Of a stretch of DNA of 64,000 nucleotides, positions 47,875-58,269 are shown in pieces (the first letter of the stretch is position 1; each line of letters starts with the position of its first letter). The position numbers were made by a program, and so were the translations under genes. The stretch comes from Barrientosiimonas humi (lineage in GTDB: Bacteria; Actinomycetota; Actinomycetes; Actinomycetales; Dermatophilaceae). The stretch is taken from contig NZ_VFOK01000001.1 in NCBI RefSeq assembly GCF_006716095.1, positions 835,375 through 899,374 on the forward strand. The letters are read 5' to 3'. The notes below the pieces were generated by a model that had not been told where the DNA came from, searched no databases, and was given only the letters and a program-made list of their open reading frames with translations.

Positions 47875-48468
47875 ATGACCGCTTCCCAGCAGCACCCTGC
47901 GGCGCCGTCCACGTCCCCCCGTGGGCGGCGCCGCGGGCGTGCGTCCGAGCCACCGGCCACCGGTGCGGCGGCTGCCGACCGCGAGCCCGACGCCCACGAG
48001 GTGGCCCGCACCATCGCCCTGCGGCAGCTGACCATGGGTCCGCGCAGCCGCTCCCAGCTCGAGGACAAGCTGCGCCAGCGCGGCTGCGACGACCAGGTCG
48101 CCACCGAGGTGCTCGACCGGCTCGAGGAGGTCGGGCTGATCGACGACACCGCCTACGCGCAGATGCTGGTGCGCTCCCAGCAGGCCACCCGCGGCCTCGC
48201 CCGTCGCGCCCTGCGGCACGAGCTGCGCAAGAAGGGCGTCGACGACGACACCGCCGCCGAGGCCCTCGACCAGGTCAGCGACGAGGCCGAGGTCGAGCAG
48301 GCCCGCGAGCTGGTCGCCAAGAAGCTGCGCAGCATGCACGGTCTCGACGCCACCGTGCAGGCGCGGCGGCTGGCCGGCATGCTCGCCCGCAAGGGTTACG
48401 GCGGCGACGTCGCCTGGCGCGTCGTGCGGGAGGCGGTCGACGAGGCCGAGGAGCACCGGCGCGACTGA
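47875..48468 (+). CDS. recX: recombination regulator RecX
   Basis: three-repeat helical RecX fold; 4 nt downstream of recA. Confidence 0.85.
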   Translation: MTASQQHPAAPSTSPRGRRRGRASEPPATGAAAADREPDAHEVARTIALRQLTMGPRSRSQLEDKLRQRGCDDQVATEVLDRLEEVGLIDDTAYAQMLVRSQQATRGLARRALRHELRKKGVDDDTAAEALDQVSDEAEVEQARELVAKKLRSMHGLDATVQARRLAGMLARKGYGGDVAWRVVREAVDEAEEHRRD

Positions 48469-48477
48469 GCGCGCAGG

Positions 48478-51009
48478 TCAGGCGCTTTGGTCCTGGGCGA
48501 CCCGGTCGTACGTCGTGTGCCGCTGGGCGGCGGGACGGCCGGCCAGCGTGGCCATCTGCTCCAGCTCGGCGATCGACTTGCGCGAGCCGTTCGTGCTGCC
48601 CGCCATCCGCGAGATGGTCTCCTCCATCAGCGTCCCGCCGAGGTCGTTGACCCCGCCGTTCAGCACCTGGGTGCACACCTCCGGTCCGAGCTTGACCCAC
48701 GAGCACTGGATGTTGTCGATCAGCCCGTGCAGCATGATCCGCGCGACGGCGTGCACCGCGCGGTTGTCGCGCACGGTCGGACCCGGGCGCGCCACGCCGG
48801 CGAGGTAGACCGGCGCGTTCTGGTGCACGAACGGCAGCGGCACGAACTCGGTGAACCCGCCGGTGCGGCGCTGGATCTCGGCGATCGTGCGCAGGTGCCC
48901 GACCCAGTGGCGCGGGTGGTCGACGTGCCCGTACATCATCGTCGAGGTCGTCGGCAGGCCCACCTCGTGCGCCGTCGTGATCACCTCGATCCACTGCTGC
49001 GCCGGCAGCTTGCCCTTGGTCAGCACCCAGCGGATGTCGTCGTCGAGGATCTCCGCGGCGGTCCCGGGCAGCGAGTCGACGCCGGCGGCGCGCAGCTCGG
49101 TGAGGAACTCCCGCAGCGGCAGCCCGGTTCGCGACACCCCGTTGATGACCTCCATCGGGGAGAAGGCGTGGATGTGCAGCGACGGGGCGGCCGCCCGGAT
49201 CTCGCGCGCGATGTCGAAGTACGCCGTCCCCGGCAGCTCCGGGTGGATGCCGCCCTGCACGCAGACCTCGGTCGCGCCCACCTGCACCGCCTCCGCGGCG
49301 CGCTGGGCGACCTCGCCCATCGACAGGGTGTAGGCGTCGGCGTCGGTCTTGCGCTGCGCGAACGCGCAGAAGCGGCAGCCGGTGTAGCAGACGTTGGTGA
49401 AGTTGATGTTGCGGTTCACGACGTACGTCACGACGTCACCCACCGCGTCGCGGCGCAGGTCGTCGGCCAGGCGGGTGACCGCCTCCAGGGCCTCGCCGTC
49501 GGCGGTGATCAGCGTCAGCGCCTGCTCCTCGGTCACGCCCGCCGGGTCGTGCTCGGCGGCCGCGAGGGCCTCTCGCGCAGCGGAGTCCAGGCGGGCGGGG
49601 GCGGTGTCGCGACCGTCCGGCTGCGCGGCCTCGCTCGAGACCTTCTCCCGCAGGGCCTGCCAGTCGCCGTAGACCGCGTCGAAGTCGCCGCGACGGTCGG
49701 TGCGGCGCCCTTCGTCGTCGATGGCGGTGTGCAGGTCGGTGCGGCCGCTGTCGTCCCACCCGCCGTCGGGCTCCTGCCACGGCAGACCCGTCGCCCGGGC
49801 GCCGGCGCGGGCCAGGCCGTCGTCACCGCGCAGGGCGTCGACGTGCGGCCGCAGCCGCGGGTCGACCCACGGGAGGTCGAGATACTCCGGGTGGGCCGTG
49901 AGCCGCTCGCGCAGCTCGAATCCCAAGGAATCGCAAAGGGATCCGAGCGCGTCGACCTGCGGCCAGGGTCGCTCGGGGTTGACGTGGTCGGGCGTGACCG
50001 GGCTGATGCCGCCGAAGTCGTCGACGCCGGCCTGCAGCAGCCGACGGCACTCCTCGAGGTCCACGAGGTTCGGCGGCGCCTGCACCCGTGCGCCCGGCCC
50101 CAGCACCACCCGGGTGGTCGCGATCGCGGCGAGGTACTCCTCCAGCCCGAGGTCGGGCACCGACCGCATCGCCGTGTCGGGCTTGGCGCGGAAGTTCTGC
50201 ACGATCACCTCCTGGAGGTGCCCGTGCTCGCGACCGACCCTGCGCAGCGCGAAGATCGTCTCGGCGCGCTCGGTGAGGGTCTCGCCGATGCCCACGAGCA
50301 GTCCGGTGGTGAACGGGACTGCCAGGCGACCGGCGTCCTCGAGGGTGCGAAGGCGTACGGCGGGGTCCTTGTCGGGCGACTTGTGGTGGGCGAGGCCGGG
50401 CTGCTCGAACAGCCGCGTGCTGGTCGTCTCGAGCATCATGCCCATCGAGGGCGCCACCGGCTTCAGGCGCATCAGCTCGCCCCACGACATGACGCCGGGG
50501 TTGAGGTGGGGGAGCAGGCCGGTCTCCTCCAGCACGCGCACGGCCATCGCCCGCACGTAGTCGAGGGTGGAGTCGTAACCGGCCTCGTCGAGCCACTGCC
50601 GCGCCTCGGGCCAGCGGTCCTCGGGGCGGTCGCCGAGCGTGAAAAGCGCCTCCTTGCAACCCTGTTCGGCGCCCGCGCGGGCGATCTCGAGCACCTCGTC
50701 CGGCGTGAGGTACGGCGCCGGCAGCTTCCCGGGGACCGTCACGAACGTGCAGTAGTGGCATCGGTCGCGGCACAACCGGGTCAGCGGGACGAACACCTTG
50801 CGCGAGTAGGTCACGGTCGCGGGGCGGCCCGCCTCCTGCAGACCGGCGTCGCGCACCCGGCCGGCGACGGCCAGCAACCGCTCCAGCTGCTCACCTCGCG
50901 CCGCGAGGAGCGCGGTGGCCTCCGCGACGTCGATGCTGCGCGCGGACTCGGCGCGGCCGACCGCTCGGGCGATCTCACGCTCGGTCGGTGCCTGCGACAG
51001 ATCAGTCAT
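48478..51009 (-). CDS. fbiC: FO synthase FbiC (fused CofG/CofH, two radical-SAM domains; F420 biosynthesis)
   Basis: two CxxxCxxC clusters ([20 protein letters not shown]); ~843 aa; start at [10 protein letters not shown]. Confidence 0.9.
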   Translation of the reverse strand: MTDLSQAPTEREIARAVGRAESARSIDVAEATALLAARGEQLERLLAVAGRVRDAGLQEAGRPATVTYSRKVFVPLTRLCRDRCHYCTFVTVPGKLPAPYLTPDEVLEIARAGAEQGCKEALFTLGDRPEDRWPEARQWLDEAGYDSTLDYVRAMAVRVLEETGLLPHLNPGVMSWGELMRLKPVAPSMGMMLETTSTRLFEQPGLAHHKSPDKDPAVRLRTLEDAGRLAVPFTTGLLVGIGETLTERAETIFALRRVGREHGHLQEVIVQNFRAKPDTAMRSVPDLGLEEYLAAIATTRVVLGPGARVQAPPNLVDLEECRRLLQAGVDDFGGISPVTPDHVNPERPWPQVDALGSLCDSLGFELRERLTAHPEYLDLPWVDPRLRPHVDALRGDDGLARAGARATGLPWQEPDGGWDDSGRTDLHTAIDDEGRRTDRRGDFDAVYGDWQALREKVSSEAAQPDGRDTAPARLDSAAREALAAAEHDPAGVTEEQALTLITADGEALEAVTRLADDLRRDAVGDVVTYVVNRNINFTNVCYTGCRFCAFAQRKTDADAYTLSMGEVAQRAAEAVQVGATEVCVQGGIHPELPGTAYFDIAREIRAAAPSLHIHAFSPMEVINGVSRTGLPLREFLTELRAAGVDSLPGTAAEILDDDIRWVLTKGKLPAQQWIEVITTAHEVGLPTTSTMMYGHVDHPRHWVGHLRTIAEIQRRTGGFTEFVPLPFVHQNAPVYLAGVARPGPTVRDNRAVHAVARIMLHGLIDNIQCSWVKLGPEVCTQVLNGGVNDLGGTLMEETISRMAGSTNGSRKSIAELEQMATLAGRPAAQRHTTYDRVAQDQSA

Positions 51010-51134
51010 GCCTCGATCCTCACCGATGACCAGGGCGTTTCGTGGCTCGGGGCGGCGTGTGTCTCGAAGGCCAGGAGGAATCCGCGCGCGGGTCCGTTCG
51101 TAGGGGTGTGCGCGAGCGGCGAGAGGCGGTGAGG

Positions 51135-52004
51135 TCAGCGCCGGGCGATGGTCAGGTGCAGGGCTCGGCGCAGCTCGCCGCGCCCTGCCACGAGCCGGGG
51201 GTCCGCCGCGCGCGGCGTGACCAGCGACAGCCGGATGCGCTGCCGGAACGGCAACGGGTCGAGCACCTCGTCCTCGGTCGTCTGGTGGGCGAGCGCGCTG
51301 CGCGGGACCACCGCGAGGCACCCCACGCGCCTGGCCATCGCCACCGCGGTGGGGAGCGTCGCGGCCAGCTCGACCTCGGCGCCCAGCCGCGCCAGGCGAG
51401 CCGCCACGTCCGGGCCCGTGCTGTCGTACGTCGCGACGAGAACCCGGCGACCGGCGTACGGCGTGCGGCCGCGTCCCCTCCCCGGCGTGCTTCTGCGGCG
51501 GAAGACCTCGAGCACGTCCTCCCCGAGCGGGTGCACGCGCGCCTGCCGGGGGAGCGTCATCTGCTCGGCGATGCCCACCACGGCGGCGTCGAGACTGCCC
51601 TCCGAGACCAGGTGCACCAGCTCGGGTCCGTGCGACACCGTCGGCAGCACCGGCTGCCGCAGCAGCTGCTCGACGGACGGGAACACCGACGGCGCCAGCG
51701 ACGCGAACGTGCCTATGCGCAAAGGCTTCTCGCGGGATGCGGCGTGTGCCGCGCGATAGATGCCGTCGAGATGGCCGAGCAGGTGCTCGGCCTGCCGGGC
51801 CACCTCCTGCCCGGCGGGTGTCGGCCGCGCGCCCGTCGTGTCGCGGGTGAACAGGGGCAGGCCCAGCCGGCGCTCCAACGTCGACAGCCGTGCGCTGGCG
51901 GACGGCTGGCTCACGTGCAGGCGGCGCGCTGCAGCTCCGATCGACGCCTCCTCGGCGATCGCCAGCACGAGGCGCAGATCATCGACGCTGGGATCATTCG
52001 CCAT
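51135..52004 (-). CDS. LysR-family transcriptional regulator
   Basis: N-terminal LysR HTH ([35 protein letters not shown]) + substrate-binding domain; divergent from the methyltransferase/VOC genes. Confidence 0.85.
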   Translation of the reverse strand: MANDPSVDDLRLVLAIAEEASIGAAARRLHVSQPSASARLSTLERRLGLPLFTRDTTGARPTPAGQEVARQAEHLLGHLDGIYRAAHAASREKPLRIGTFASLAPSVFPSVEQLLRQPVLPTVSHGPELVHLVSEGSLDAAVVGIAEQMTLPRQARVHPLGEDVLEVFRRRSTPGRGRGRTPYAGRRVLVATYDSTGPDVAARLARLGAEVELAATLPTAVAMARRVGCLAVVPRSALAHQTTEDEVLDPLPFRQRIRLSLVTPRAADPRLVAGRGELRRALHLTIARR

Positions 52005-52076
52005 AGGGCAACCCTATGACCCGCCGTACGCCCTCGCCGGCTACCGCAGGCACGGCCGGCCGACCACGGTGGAGCC

Positions 52077-52889
52077 ATGACGAACCAGGCGCACACCCAC
52101 CCCGAACGGACCCTCCCGACCCCCGACCAGGCGCGCGCCTGGCTGCAGCGCTGGGACGACCAGCAGGCGACGTACTTCTCCGACCGTGACGAGCGCTTCG
52201 AGGTGATCTGCGACGTGCTGGTGGAGACGGTGCAGCGGCCCGACCCGCTGGTGGTCGACCTGGGGGTCGGCCCCGGTTCGCTCGCTCGCACGGTGCTGCA
52301 GCGCATCCCCGGCGCGACGGTGGTGGGCGCCGACATGGATCCGCTGCTGCTGGGGCTGGCGAGCGCGGCGTACGGCGAGGAGCGGTTCCGCCTGGTGCAG
52401 GTCGACCTGCGGCGCGACGGCTGGCTGGCCGAGCTCGACCTGCCGCGGGCACCGGACGCCTTCATCAGCACCACGGCGCTGCACTGGCTCGAGCGCGCAC
52501 CGCTGCAGCGGCTCCTGCGCACGGCCGCCGAGTCGCTCGCCGACAGAGGGGTCTTCGTCGACGGCGACCACCTGTTCGTCGCAGCCCGGGACAAGAATCG
52601 CGTCGTGCGGTCCGACCTCGACCAGCTCGCCCAGGCCGTCGCCGACCGGGCCGCGGTGCGAGCCGGCGGGCAGGAGGCAGAGGACTGGTCGCATTGGTGG
52701 GACGCCGCGGCGACCGCTCCCGAGCTCGCCGGCCTGTGGCAGCAGCGTGCGGCCATCGACCTGTCGCACGACGTGGCCGACGCGGCGACCCTCGCGGACT
52801 ACCTCGACGCGCTGCGCCAGGGCGGCTGCCGCGAGGTCGGGACGGTCTGGCAGGTGGGGCACGACCGCGTCGTCGTCGGCCTGCGCTGA
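52077..52889 (+). CDS. class I SAM-dependent methyltransferase (small-molecule type)
   Basis: motif I VVDLGVGPGS, acidic residue after beta-2 (VGADMD); no DNA-MTase DPPY/NPPY motif. Confidence 0.75.
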   Translation: MTNQAHTHPERTLPTPDQARAWLQRWDDQQATYFSDRDERFEVICDVLVETVQRPDPLVVDLGVGPGSLARTVLQRIPGATVVGADMDPLLLGLASAAYGEERFRLVQVDLRRDGWLAELDLPRAPDAFISTTALHWLERAPLQRLLRTAAESLADRGVFVDGDHLFVAARDKNRVVRSDLDQLAQAVADRAAVRAGGQEAEDWSHWWDAAATAPELAGLWQQRAAIDLSHDVADAATLADYLDALRQGGCREVGTVWQVGHDRVVVGLR

Positions 52890-52943
52890 CCCGCCGCAGA
52901 TCGGCCGGGTCGGCTGATCGGTCCCGGCAGCGGAGCGTCCGGG

Positions 52944-53378
52944 ATGGTCGTTACCGTCGCCGCCATGAGCGAATCGACGACCCCGAAGCCCAAGCTGGAC
53001 CTGGTGATCCTCGACTGCCCCGACGCGCTGGCCCTAGGCCGCTTCTACGCCGAGGTGCTCGGCTGGGAGCTGGAGGAGGGCTCCGACCGCGACTGGTCCA
53101 CCCTCGTGCCGCCCGGCGGCGGTCTCTCGCCGGACAACCCCGACGGCCGAGCGACGTTGGCGTTCCAGCGGATCGACGACTGGGTCGAGCCGACCTGGCC
53201 GGGCGGGGCGCACCCGCAGCAGTTCCACCTAGACCTGGCCACCGGAGGCAGCATCGAGGCGGCCGAGCCGGGCGTCCTCGCCGCCGGCGCCCGGGTGCAC
53301 GAGCACCAGCCGTCGGACGACGGGCACTTCAAGGTCTACCTCGACCCGGCCGGCCACCCGTTCTGCCTCATCAAGTGA
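52944..53378 (+). CDS. VOC/glyoxalase family protein
   Basis: 144 aa VOC fold. Confidence 0.7.
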   Translation: MVVTVAAMSESTTPKPKLDLVILDCPDALALGRFYAEVLGWELEEGSDRDWSTLVPPGGGLSPDNPDGRATLAFQRIDDWVEPTWPGGAHPQQFHLDLATGGSIEAAEPGVLAAGARVHEHQPSDDGHFKVYLDPAGHPFCLIK

Positions 53379-53809
53379 GCGGCGTGAGCGACGGCAGCGG
53401 CCTGCGGGCGGTCCACCACATCGACCTGTGGGTGTCGGCGCTGAGCCGCGGGCGCGAGAGCTGGGGCTGGCTGCTGGGCGAGCTGGGTTGGTCCGAGGAG
53501 TTCTCCGACGACGACGGCTGCGCATGGACGCACCCCGACGGCACGTACGTCTTCATGCAGACCGCGCTGGTGCACGCCGAGTACGTCCGCACCGGCATCG
53601 GCATGAACCACCTGGCGCTGCTCGTGGACGGTCGCGACCGCCTCGACGCGCTGCGCGCCGCCGCGCCGGAGCGCGGGTGGAGCGAGCTGTTCGCCGAGAA
53701 GTACCCCCACGCCGGCGGCGAGCAGCACGTCGCGCTCTACCTGGAGGACCGCGACGGCCTGGAGGTCGAGGTGGTGACGCCGCCGGCCACCGCAGAGCCG
53801 GTCGAGTAG
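53375..53809 (+). CDS. VOC/glyoxalase family protein (second copy)
   Basis: GTG start overlapping the preceding stop (GTGA); HHIDLWV...HLAL...LE VOC pattern. Confidence 0.65.
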   Translation: MSGVSDGSGLRAVHHIDLWVSALSRGRESWGWLLGELGWSEEFSDDDGCAWTHPDGTYVFMQTALVHAEYVRTGIGMNHLALLVDGRDRLDALRAAAPERGWSELFAEKYPHAGGEQHVALYLEDRDGLEVEVVTPPATAEPVE

Positions 53810-53818
53810 GAGCTCGCC

Positions 53819-54000
53819 CAAGCCGGTCGAGTAGGCGCAAGGCGCAAGTCGAGTGGCGTACCGAGACCACGCCGGCACCCAAGCTGGTCGAGTAGGCTCG
53901 AGGCGCTAGCCGAGCGGCGTATCGAGACCACGCCGGCACCCAAGCTGGTCGAGTAGGCGCGAGGCGCTAGCCGAGCGGCGTATCGAGACCACGCCGCCGA
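53819..54000. repeat. three tandem ~61-bp repeats (caagctggtcgagtaggcgcgaggcgctagccgagcggcgtatcgagaccacgccggcacc), each restating the 3' end + TAG stop of the upstream VOC gene
   Basis: units 53819-53880 (diverged), 53880-53940, 53941-54000; the first residues mirror ...ccggtcgagTAG at the VOC gene end. Confidence 0.8.
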
Positions 54001-54027
54001 CACTCCTGGGCTACCCGTGCCTTCAGA

Positions 54028-56064
54028 GTGGTTGTCAGAGGGCACTCCTACTATGGGTACATGAGTTCGAACACCGCTCCCGGCGCTGGGTCGTGGGAGC
54101 CGGACGCGCCGCTCGGTGACCAGGTCACCGGGCCGGCCGAGGTGTTCGAGTCGATGCTGCTGGAGGACGGGGTCCTGGGCGCGATCGAGACCGTGCTGAG
54201 TGGACTGCAGGTCGCTGGCACCGACCCGGTCACGCTGCAGCTGGAGGGGATGAAGCTGCTCGCCGCGGACGTGGCGCGGCGGATGACCCGGCCTGACCCG
54301 TTCGCGGTCGCGGAGCACGACGACGGCTGGTTCGTTCCGTCCGACCTGCCCCTGGGCCAGGCCACCGAGCCGGGCGCCGACGTGGAGGCCGCCGGGAGCG
54401 ATACCTGCGGTGCCGGCCTGGCCCCTGAGGCTGCTGCCGCGGCGCCGGCGTCGGGCTCGCTCGACACGACGGCGGACGATGCTGCTTCGGCCGGCACGTC
54501 CGCTGCGGAGCTGCCGCAGGCGTGGCGGGATGCGGATGCGGCCGCGGCGCGGTTGGCGCGGTTCGAGGACGCCACAGTGGCGGCGCACCAGGTGATGAAC
54601 CAGGCGGGTGCGGTCGCGGCCGAGCGGTGCGCCCGGTTCGACACCGCTTCGGACTCGACGCCCTGGTCGGCCGCGGACTGCCTGACCGGGGACGCCCCTC
54701 GCCCCGGAGACGTGACCGAGCATCCGCCCGGTCACCGGGGCCGGTTCACCGGTGACCTGCTCGCCCCGTCGCTGCGACTCGGGCCGCAGGCCGCGGACTC
54801 CGTGGTCGATGCGGCGGTCTGGTTGACCCAGCGCACCCCGGCGCTGCTGGCTGCGGTCGCCCGCGGCGAGGCCAACCTGGACACCGCTGCCGCGATCGCC
54901 CGTGAGCTGCAGGACGCTCGCCCCGACACCTGCGAGCTGGTCGAGGACGCGGTCCTCGGGCGCGGGGTGCACCAACGGTCCTTGTCCCCGGCGCGGCGCT
55001 CGGCCCGGGTCCTGGTCGAACGGTTCGAGGCCACCGCCGCCCGGACCACGCTGCAGCGGACGCAGGCCCAGCAGACCGGGGTCTGGCTCGACCCGCACAT
55101 CACGCCCGGGCTGTCCTCCCTCACTGCGGTCATGCCCACCGGGCAGGCCGCCTCCGTGATGGACGCGGTCGACCAGCGCGCCCGCCAGACCCAGCACGCC
55201 ACCGCTGCCGGCGGCAGCGGCGAAGAAGGCGACGCCAGCGGCGGCGGGGCATTGTTGCTCGGGCAGCATCGCGCCAACGCCCTGCACGATCTGATCCTGG
55301 GCAACGTCGACCTGACCGCCCACCTCCAGCTCGTCGTCCCGCCCCGCACCGGCCCCGGCCCTGGTGGCGGCAGCGGACCCGGCCAGGGGTCTGGCGGAGA
55401 CAACGGCCATGGCTCGGGCAGCTGCAGCGATCACGACAGCGATCTTGGCGGCGACAGCGATCCCGGGACAGCAGCCGGGCCCGAGCCCAACAGCGGAGAT
55501 CCTGGACACGGAATGGCAGACCCCGAAGCGGCGCGTAGGCGCGCGGTCGTGACGCCGCGACAGGCCGCCCGGATCCTGGCCGACGCAGCGGTCGTCGTGA
55601 TCCACGACCGTGCCGGGCCCGTCCCGACCGACCAGGTCATCGAGCTCCTGACCACCCGCGCGCACCGAGTCACGGTCGAACACGTCGACCCGTGTGCCAG
55701 AGCCCGTGGACCAGACGACCCGGTCGGCCGCGACGGGCCCGACAGCTACCGACCGGGCGCCCGGCTCAGGCGCGCGGTCAAACGCCGCGATCAGACGTGC
55801 CGGTTCCCCGGCTGCGACCGGCGCACCCTGTTCACCGACCTCGACCACGTCGACCCCTGGCCGAGGGGACGCACGCGTGCGACCAACCTGCAGAACCTCT
55901 GCCGGCATCACCACGGCACCAAGCACGAAGCCGGGTGGCTCGTGACCATGACCGCAGACGGCGTGTGCACCTGGACCAGCCCCACCGGCCGCACCCACAC
56001 CACCCAGCCAGGTCTGCTCGAGCTCCTCGACGACCTCGCCTACCCCGTGACGCTCGACCGGTGA
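54028..56064 (+). CDS. DUF222 + HNH endonuclease family protein (13E12-repeat-like)
   Basis: C-terminal HNH motif (CRFPGCDRR...DLDHVDPW...NLQNLCRHHHGTKH); long DUF222-type N-terminal region; start at 54028 (GTG) or 54061 (ATG). Confidence 0.8.
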   Translation: MVVRGHSYYGYMSSNTAPGAGSWEPDAPLGDQVTGPAEVFESMLLEDGVLGAIETVLSGLQVAGTDPVTLQLEGMKLLAADVARRMTRPDPFAVAEHDDGWFVPSDLPLGQATEPGADVEAAGSDTCGAGLAPEAAAAAPASGSLDTTADDAASAGTSAAELPQAWRDADAAAARLARFEDATVAAHQVMNQAGAVAAERCARFDTASDSTPWSAADCLTGDAPRPGDVTEHPPGHRGRFTGDLLAPSLRLGPQAADSVVDAAVWLTQRTPALLAAVARGEANLDTAAAIARELQDARPDTCELVEDAVLGRGVHQRSLSPARRSARVLVERFEATAARTTLQRTQAQQTGVWLDPHITPGLSSLTAVMPTGQAASVMDAVDQRARQTQHATAAGGSGEEGDASGGGALLLGQHRANALHDLILGNVDLTAHLQLVVPPRTGPGPGGGSGPGQGSGGDNGHGSGSCSDHDSDLGGDSDPGTAAGPEPNSGDPGHGMADPEAARRRAVVTPRQAARILADAAVVVIHDRAGPVPTDQVIELLTTRAHRVTVEHVDPCARARGPDDPVGRDGPDSYRPGARLRRAVKRRDQTCRFPGCDRRTLFTDLDHVDPWPRGRTRATNLQNLCRHHHGTKHEAGWLVTMTADGVCTWTSPTGRTHTTQPGLLELLDDLAYPVTLDR

Positions 56065-56127
56065 GCTAGGCCCGACGTCCCTGGGGTCATCGCACGCTGG
56101 CGGGCTATTCGACCAGCGTTGGGGCGG

Positions 56128-56481
56128 CTACTCGGCCTGGCCCGACGAACCCGTGGCGACGGCGTACGACCACAGCTCGGCCGACATACCGACCGGGCCC
56201 TTGCCCGGCTCACCCGAGCCGCCGCCCGGCTGCCCGCCGGACTCGCCCTGCCCGTGCGCGCGGCCGAACGCCGACCCGTCGCGCCAGGCCTCGAACGAGG
56301 CCTCGTCGGCCCACCGGGTCACCACGAGCCAGGTGTTGCGGCCGTCGGTCGGCTGCAGCAGCTCGAACCCCTCGAAGCCGGGCTGCCCGTCGACGGCGCC
56401 GGCGCGCGCCGCGAAGCGCTGGGCCAGCTCGTCGCCGCTGCCCTCGGGGACCGTGATGGCGTTGATCTTCACGATGCTCAT
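56128..56481 (-). CDS. antibiotic-biosynthesis-monooxygenase (ABM) domain protein
   Basis: ferredoxin-like ABM fold with Gly-rich C-tail; start at MSIVKINAI. Confidence 0.7.
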   Translation of the reverse strand: MSIVKINAITVPEGSGDELAQRFAARAGAVDGQPGFEGFELLQPTDGRNTWLVVTRWADEASFEAWRDGSAFGRAHGQGESGGQPGGGSGEPGKGPVGMSAELWSYAVATGSSGQAE

Positions 56482-56561
56482 GCCTCGATCCTGCGCCACT
56501 CGCGGTTTCCGGCGCGCACCGGCCCGGACGTACCCTGGGCAGCGCGATGGAGACGAGCGCG

Positions 56562-58079
56562 ATGAAGACGTACGAGGTCCGCACCCACGGGTGCCAGATG
56601 AACGTCCACGACTCCGAGCGGATCAGTGGTCTGCTGGAGTCGGCGGGCTATGTCGACCTGGCCGGGCTGGCTGCGGACGAGCGACCCCAGGCGCCGGACG
56701 TCGTCGTGTTCAACACCTGCGCGGTGCGCGAGAACGCCGACAACAAGCTCTACGGCAACCTCGGCCACCTGCGCCCGGTCAAGCAGGACAACCCCGGCAT
56801 GCAGATCGCGGTCGGCGGCTGCCTCGCCCAGAAGGACCGCGCCACCATCGTCGAGAAGGCCCCCTGGGTCGACGTCGTCTTCGGCACCCACAACGTCGGC
56901 TCGCTGCCGGTGCTGCTCGAGCGCGCGCGGCACAACGCCGAGGCGCAGGTCGAGATCCTCGAGTCGCTCGAGACCTTCCCGTCCACGCTGCCGACCCGGC
57001 GCGACTCGGCCTACAGCGGCTGGGTCTCGATCTCGGTGGGCTGCAACAACACCTGCACGTTCTGCATCGTGCCGAGCCTGCGCGGCAAGGAGAAGGACCG
57101 CCGCCCCGGCGAGATCCTCGCCGAGATCGAGGCCCTGCTGCAGCAGGGCGTCGTCGAGATCACCCTGCTCGGTCAGAACGTCAACAGCTACGGCGTGGAG
57201 TTCGGCGACCGGCTCGCGTTCGGCAAGCTGCTGCGCGCGTGCGGCGACATCGAGGGGCTCGAGCGGGTGCGGTTCACCAGCCCGCACCCGGCTGCGTTCA
57301 CCGACGACGTCATCGACGCGATGGCCGAGACGCCCAACGTGATGCCGTCGCTGCACATGCCGCTGCAGTCGGGCTCGGACCGGGTGCTGAAGGAGATGCG
57401 CCGGTCGTACCGCTCGACCAAGTTCCTCGGCATCCTCGACCGGGTGCGCGAGCGCATCCCGCACGCGGCGATCACGACCGACCTGATCGTGGGCTTCCCG
57501 GGCGAGACCGAGGAGGACTTCCAGGACACGCTCGACGTCGTGCGCGCCTCGCGCTTCTCGTCGGCCTTCACCTTCCAGTACTCCGTCCGGCCCGGTACGC
57601 CCGCCGCCACCATGCCCGACCAGCTCCCCAAGTCCGTGGTCCAGCAGCGGTTCGACCGGCTCATCGAGCTGCAGGAGGAGATCTCCTGGAGCGAGAACCG
57701 CACGGTCGAGGGCCGCACCGTCGAGGTGCTGGTCGCGCCCGGCGAGGGCCGCAAGGACGCCGAGACGCAGCGGCTCTCGGGTCGCGCGCAGGACAACCGG
57801 CTGGTGCACTTCGCCGTGCCCGACGGGGCCGAGCGCCCCCGCCCCGGTGACATGGTCGAGGTCGACGTCACCTACGGCGCGCCGCACCACCTGGTGGCCG
57901 ACGGCGCGCTCACCGGCGGCACCTACCGCGTGCGCCGCACGGCCGGCGGCGACGCCTGGGAGGCGCTGCAGGCGGGTGCCACACCCGGCGCCAGCCCCAA
58001 GCCCGCGGTCAGCCTGGGGATGCCGAGCATCGGCAAGCCCGCCACGCCGCCGCCGAGCACGCCGGCCTGCTCGCTGTGA
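56562..58079 (+). CDS. miaB: tRNA-2-methylthio-N6-dimethylallyladenosine synthase MiaB
   Basis: MTTase N-domain (GCQMN), radical [15 protein letters not shown]; sits upstream of miaA in the same region. Confidence 0.9.
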   Translation: MKTYEVRTHGCQMNVHDSERISGLLESAGYVDLAGLAADERPQAPDVVVFNTCAVRENADNKLYGNLGHLRPVKQDNPGMQIAVGGCLAQKDRATIVEKAPWVDVVFGTHNVGSLPVLLERARHNAEAQVEILESLETFPSTLPTRRDSAYSGWVSISVGCNNTCTFCIVPSLRGKEKDRRPGEILAEIEALLQQGVVEITLLGQNVNSYGVEFGDRLAFGKLLRACGDIEGLERVRFTSPHPAAFTDDVIDAMAETPNVMPSLHMPLQSGSDRVLKEMRRSYRSTKFLGILDRVRERIPHAAITTDLIVGFPGETEEDFQDTLDVVRASRFSSAFTFQYSVRPGTPAATMPDQLPKSVVQQRFDRLIELQEEISWSENRTVEGRTVEVLVAPGEGRKDAETQRLSGRAQDNRLVHFAVPDGAERPRPGDMVEVDVTYGAPHHLVADGALTGGTYRVRRTAGGDAWEALQAGATPGASPKPAVSLGMPSIGKPATPPPSTPACSL

Positions 58080-58269
58080 CGAGCCCGCGGCTCCGCGCGC
58101 GACCGGCGCGTACGATCGTGCGCATGTCTCGTCCCACGCGCCTGATCCAGTGGTGGCTGCCCTGACCGGCGGCCGCTGACGAGACCCTTCCCACGACGCG
58201 CCGCCCCCGGGCGGCGTTCGTCATGCGTGGACCCTGCTCGGTGGTGACGCCCGAGCACCAGGAGCACCC

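Noticed and set aside
53810-54000. Tandem direct repeats considered as a possible CRISPR array
   Set aside because: The units are contiguous with no unique spacers, they are 61 bp long, and there are no cas genes. VNTR/MIRU-like instead.
52077-56064. Methyltransferase + HNH endonuclease as a restriction-modification system
   Set aside because: The methyltransferase has a small-molecule class I fold without DNA-MTase motifs. It is separated from the HNH gene by two VOC genes. The HNH protein is of the DUF222/13E12 family.
58080-58269. Possible T-box riboswitch leader upstream of trpS
   Set aside because: No AGGGTGGNACCGCG T-box core or specifier-loop architecture. GGTGGTGACGCC is only a partial resemblance.
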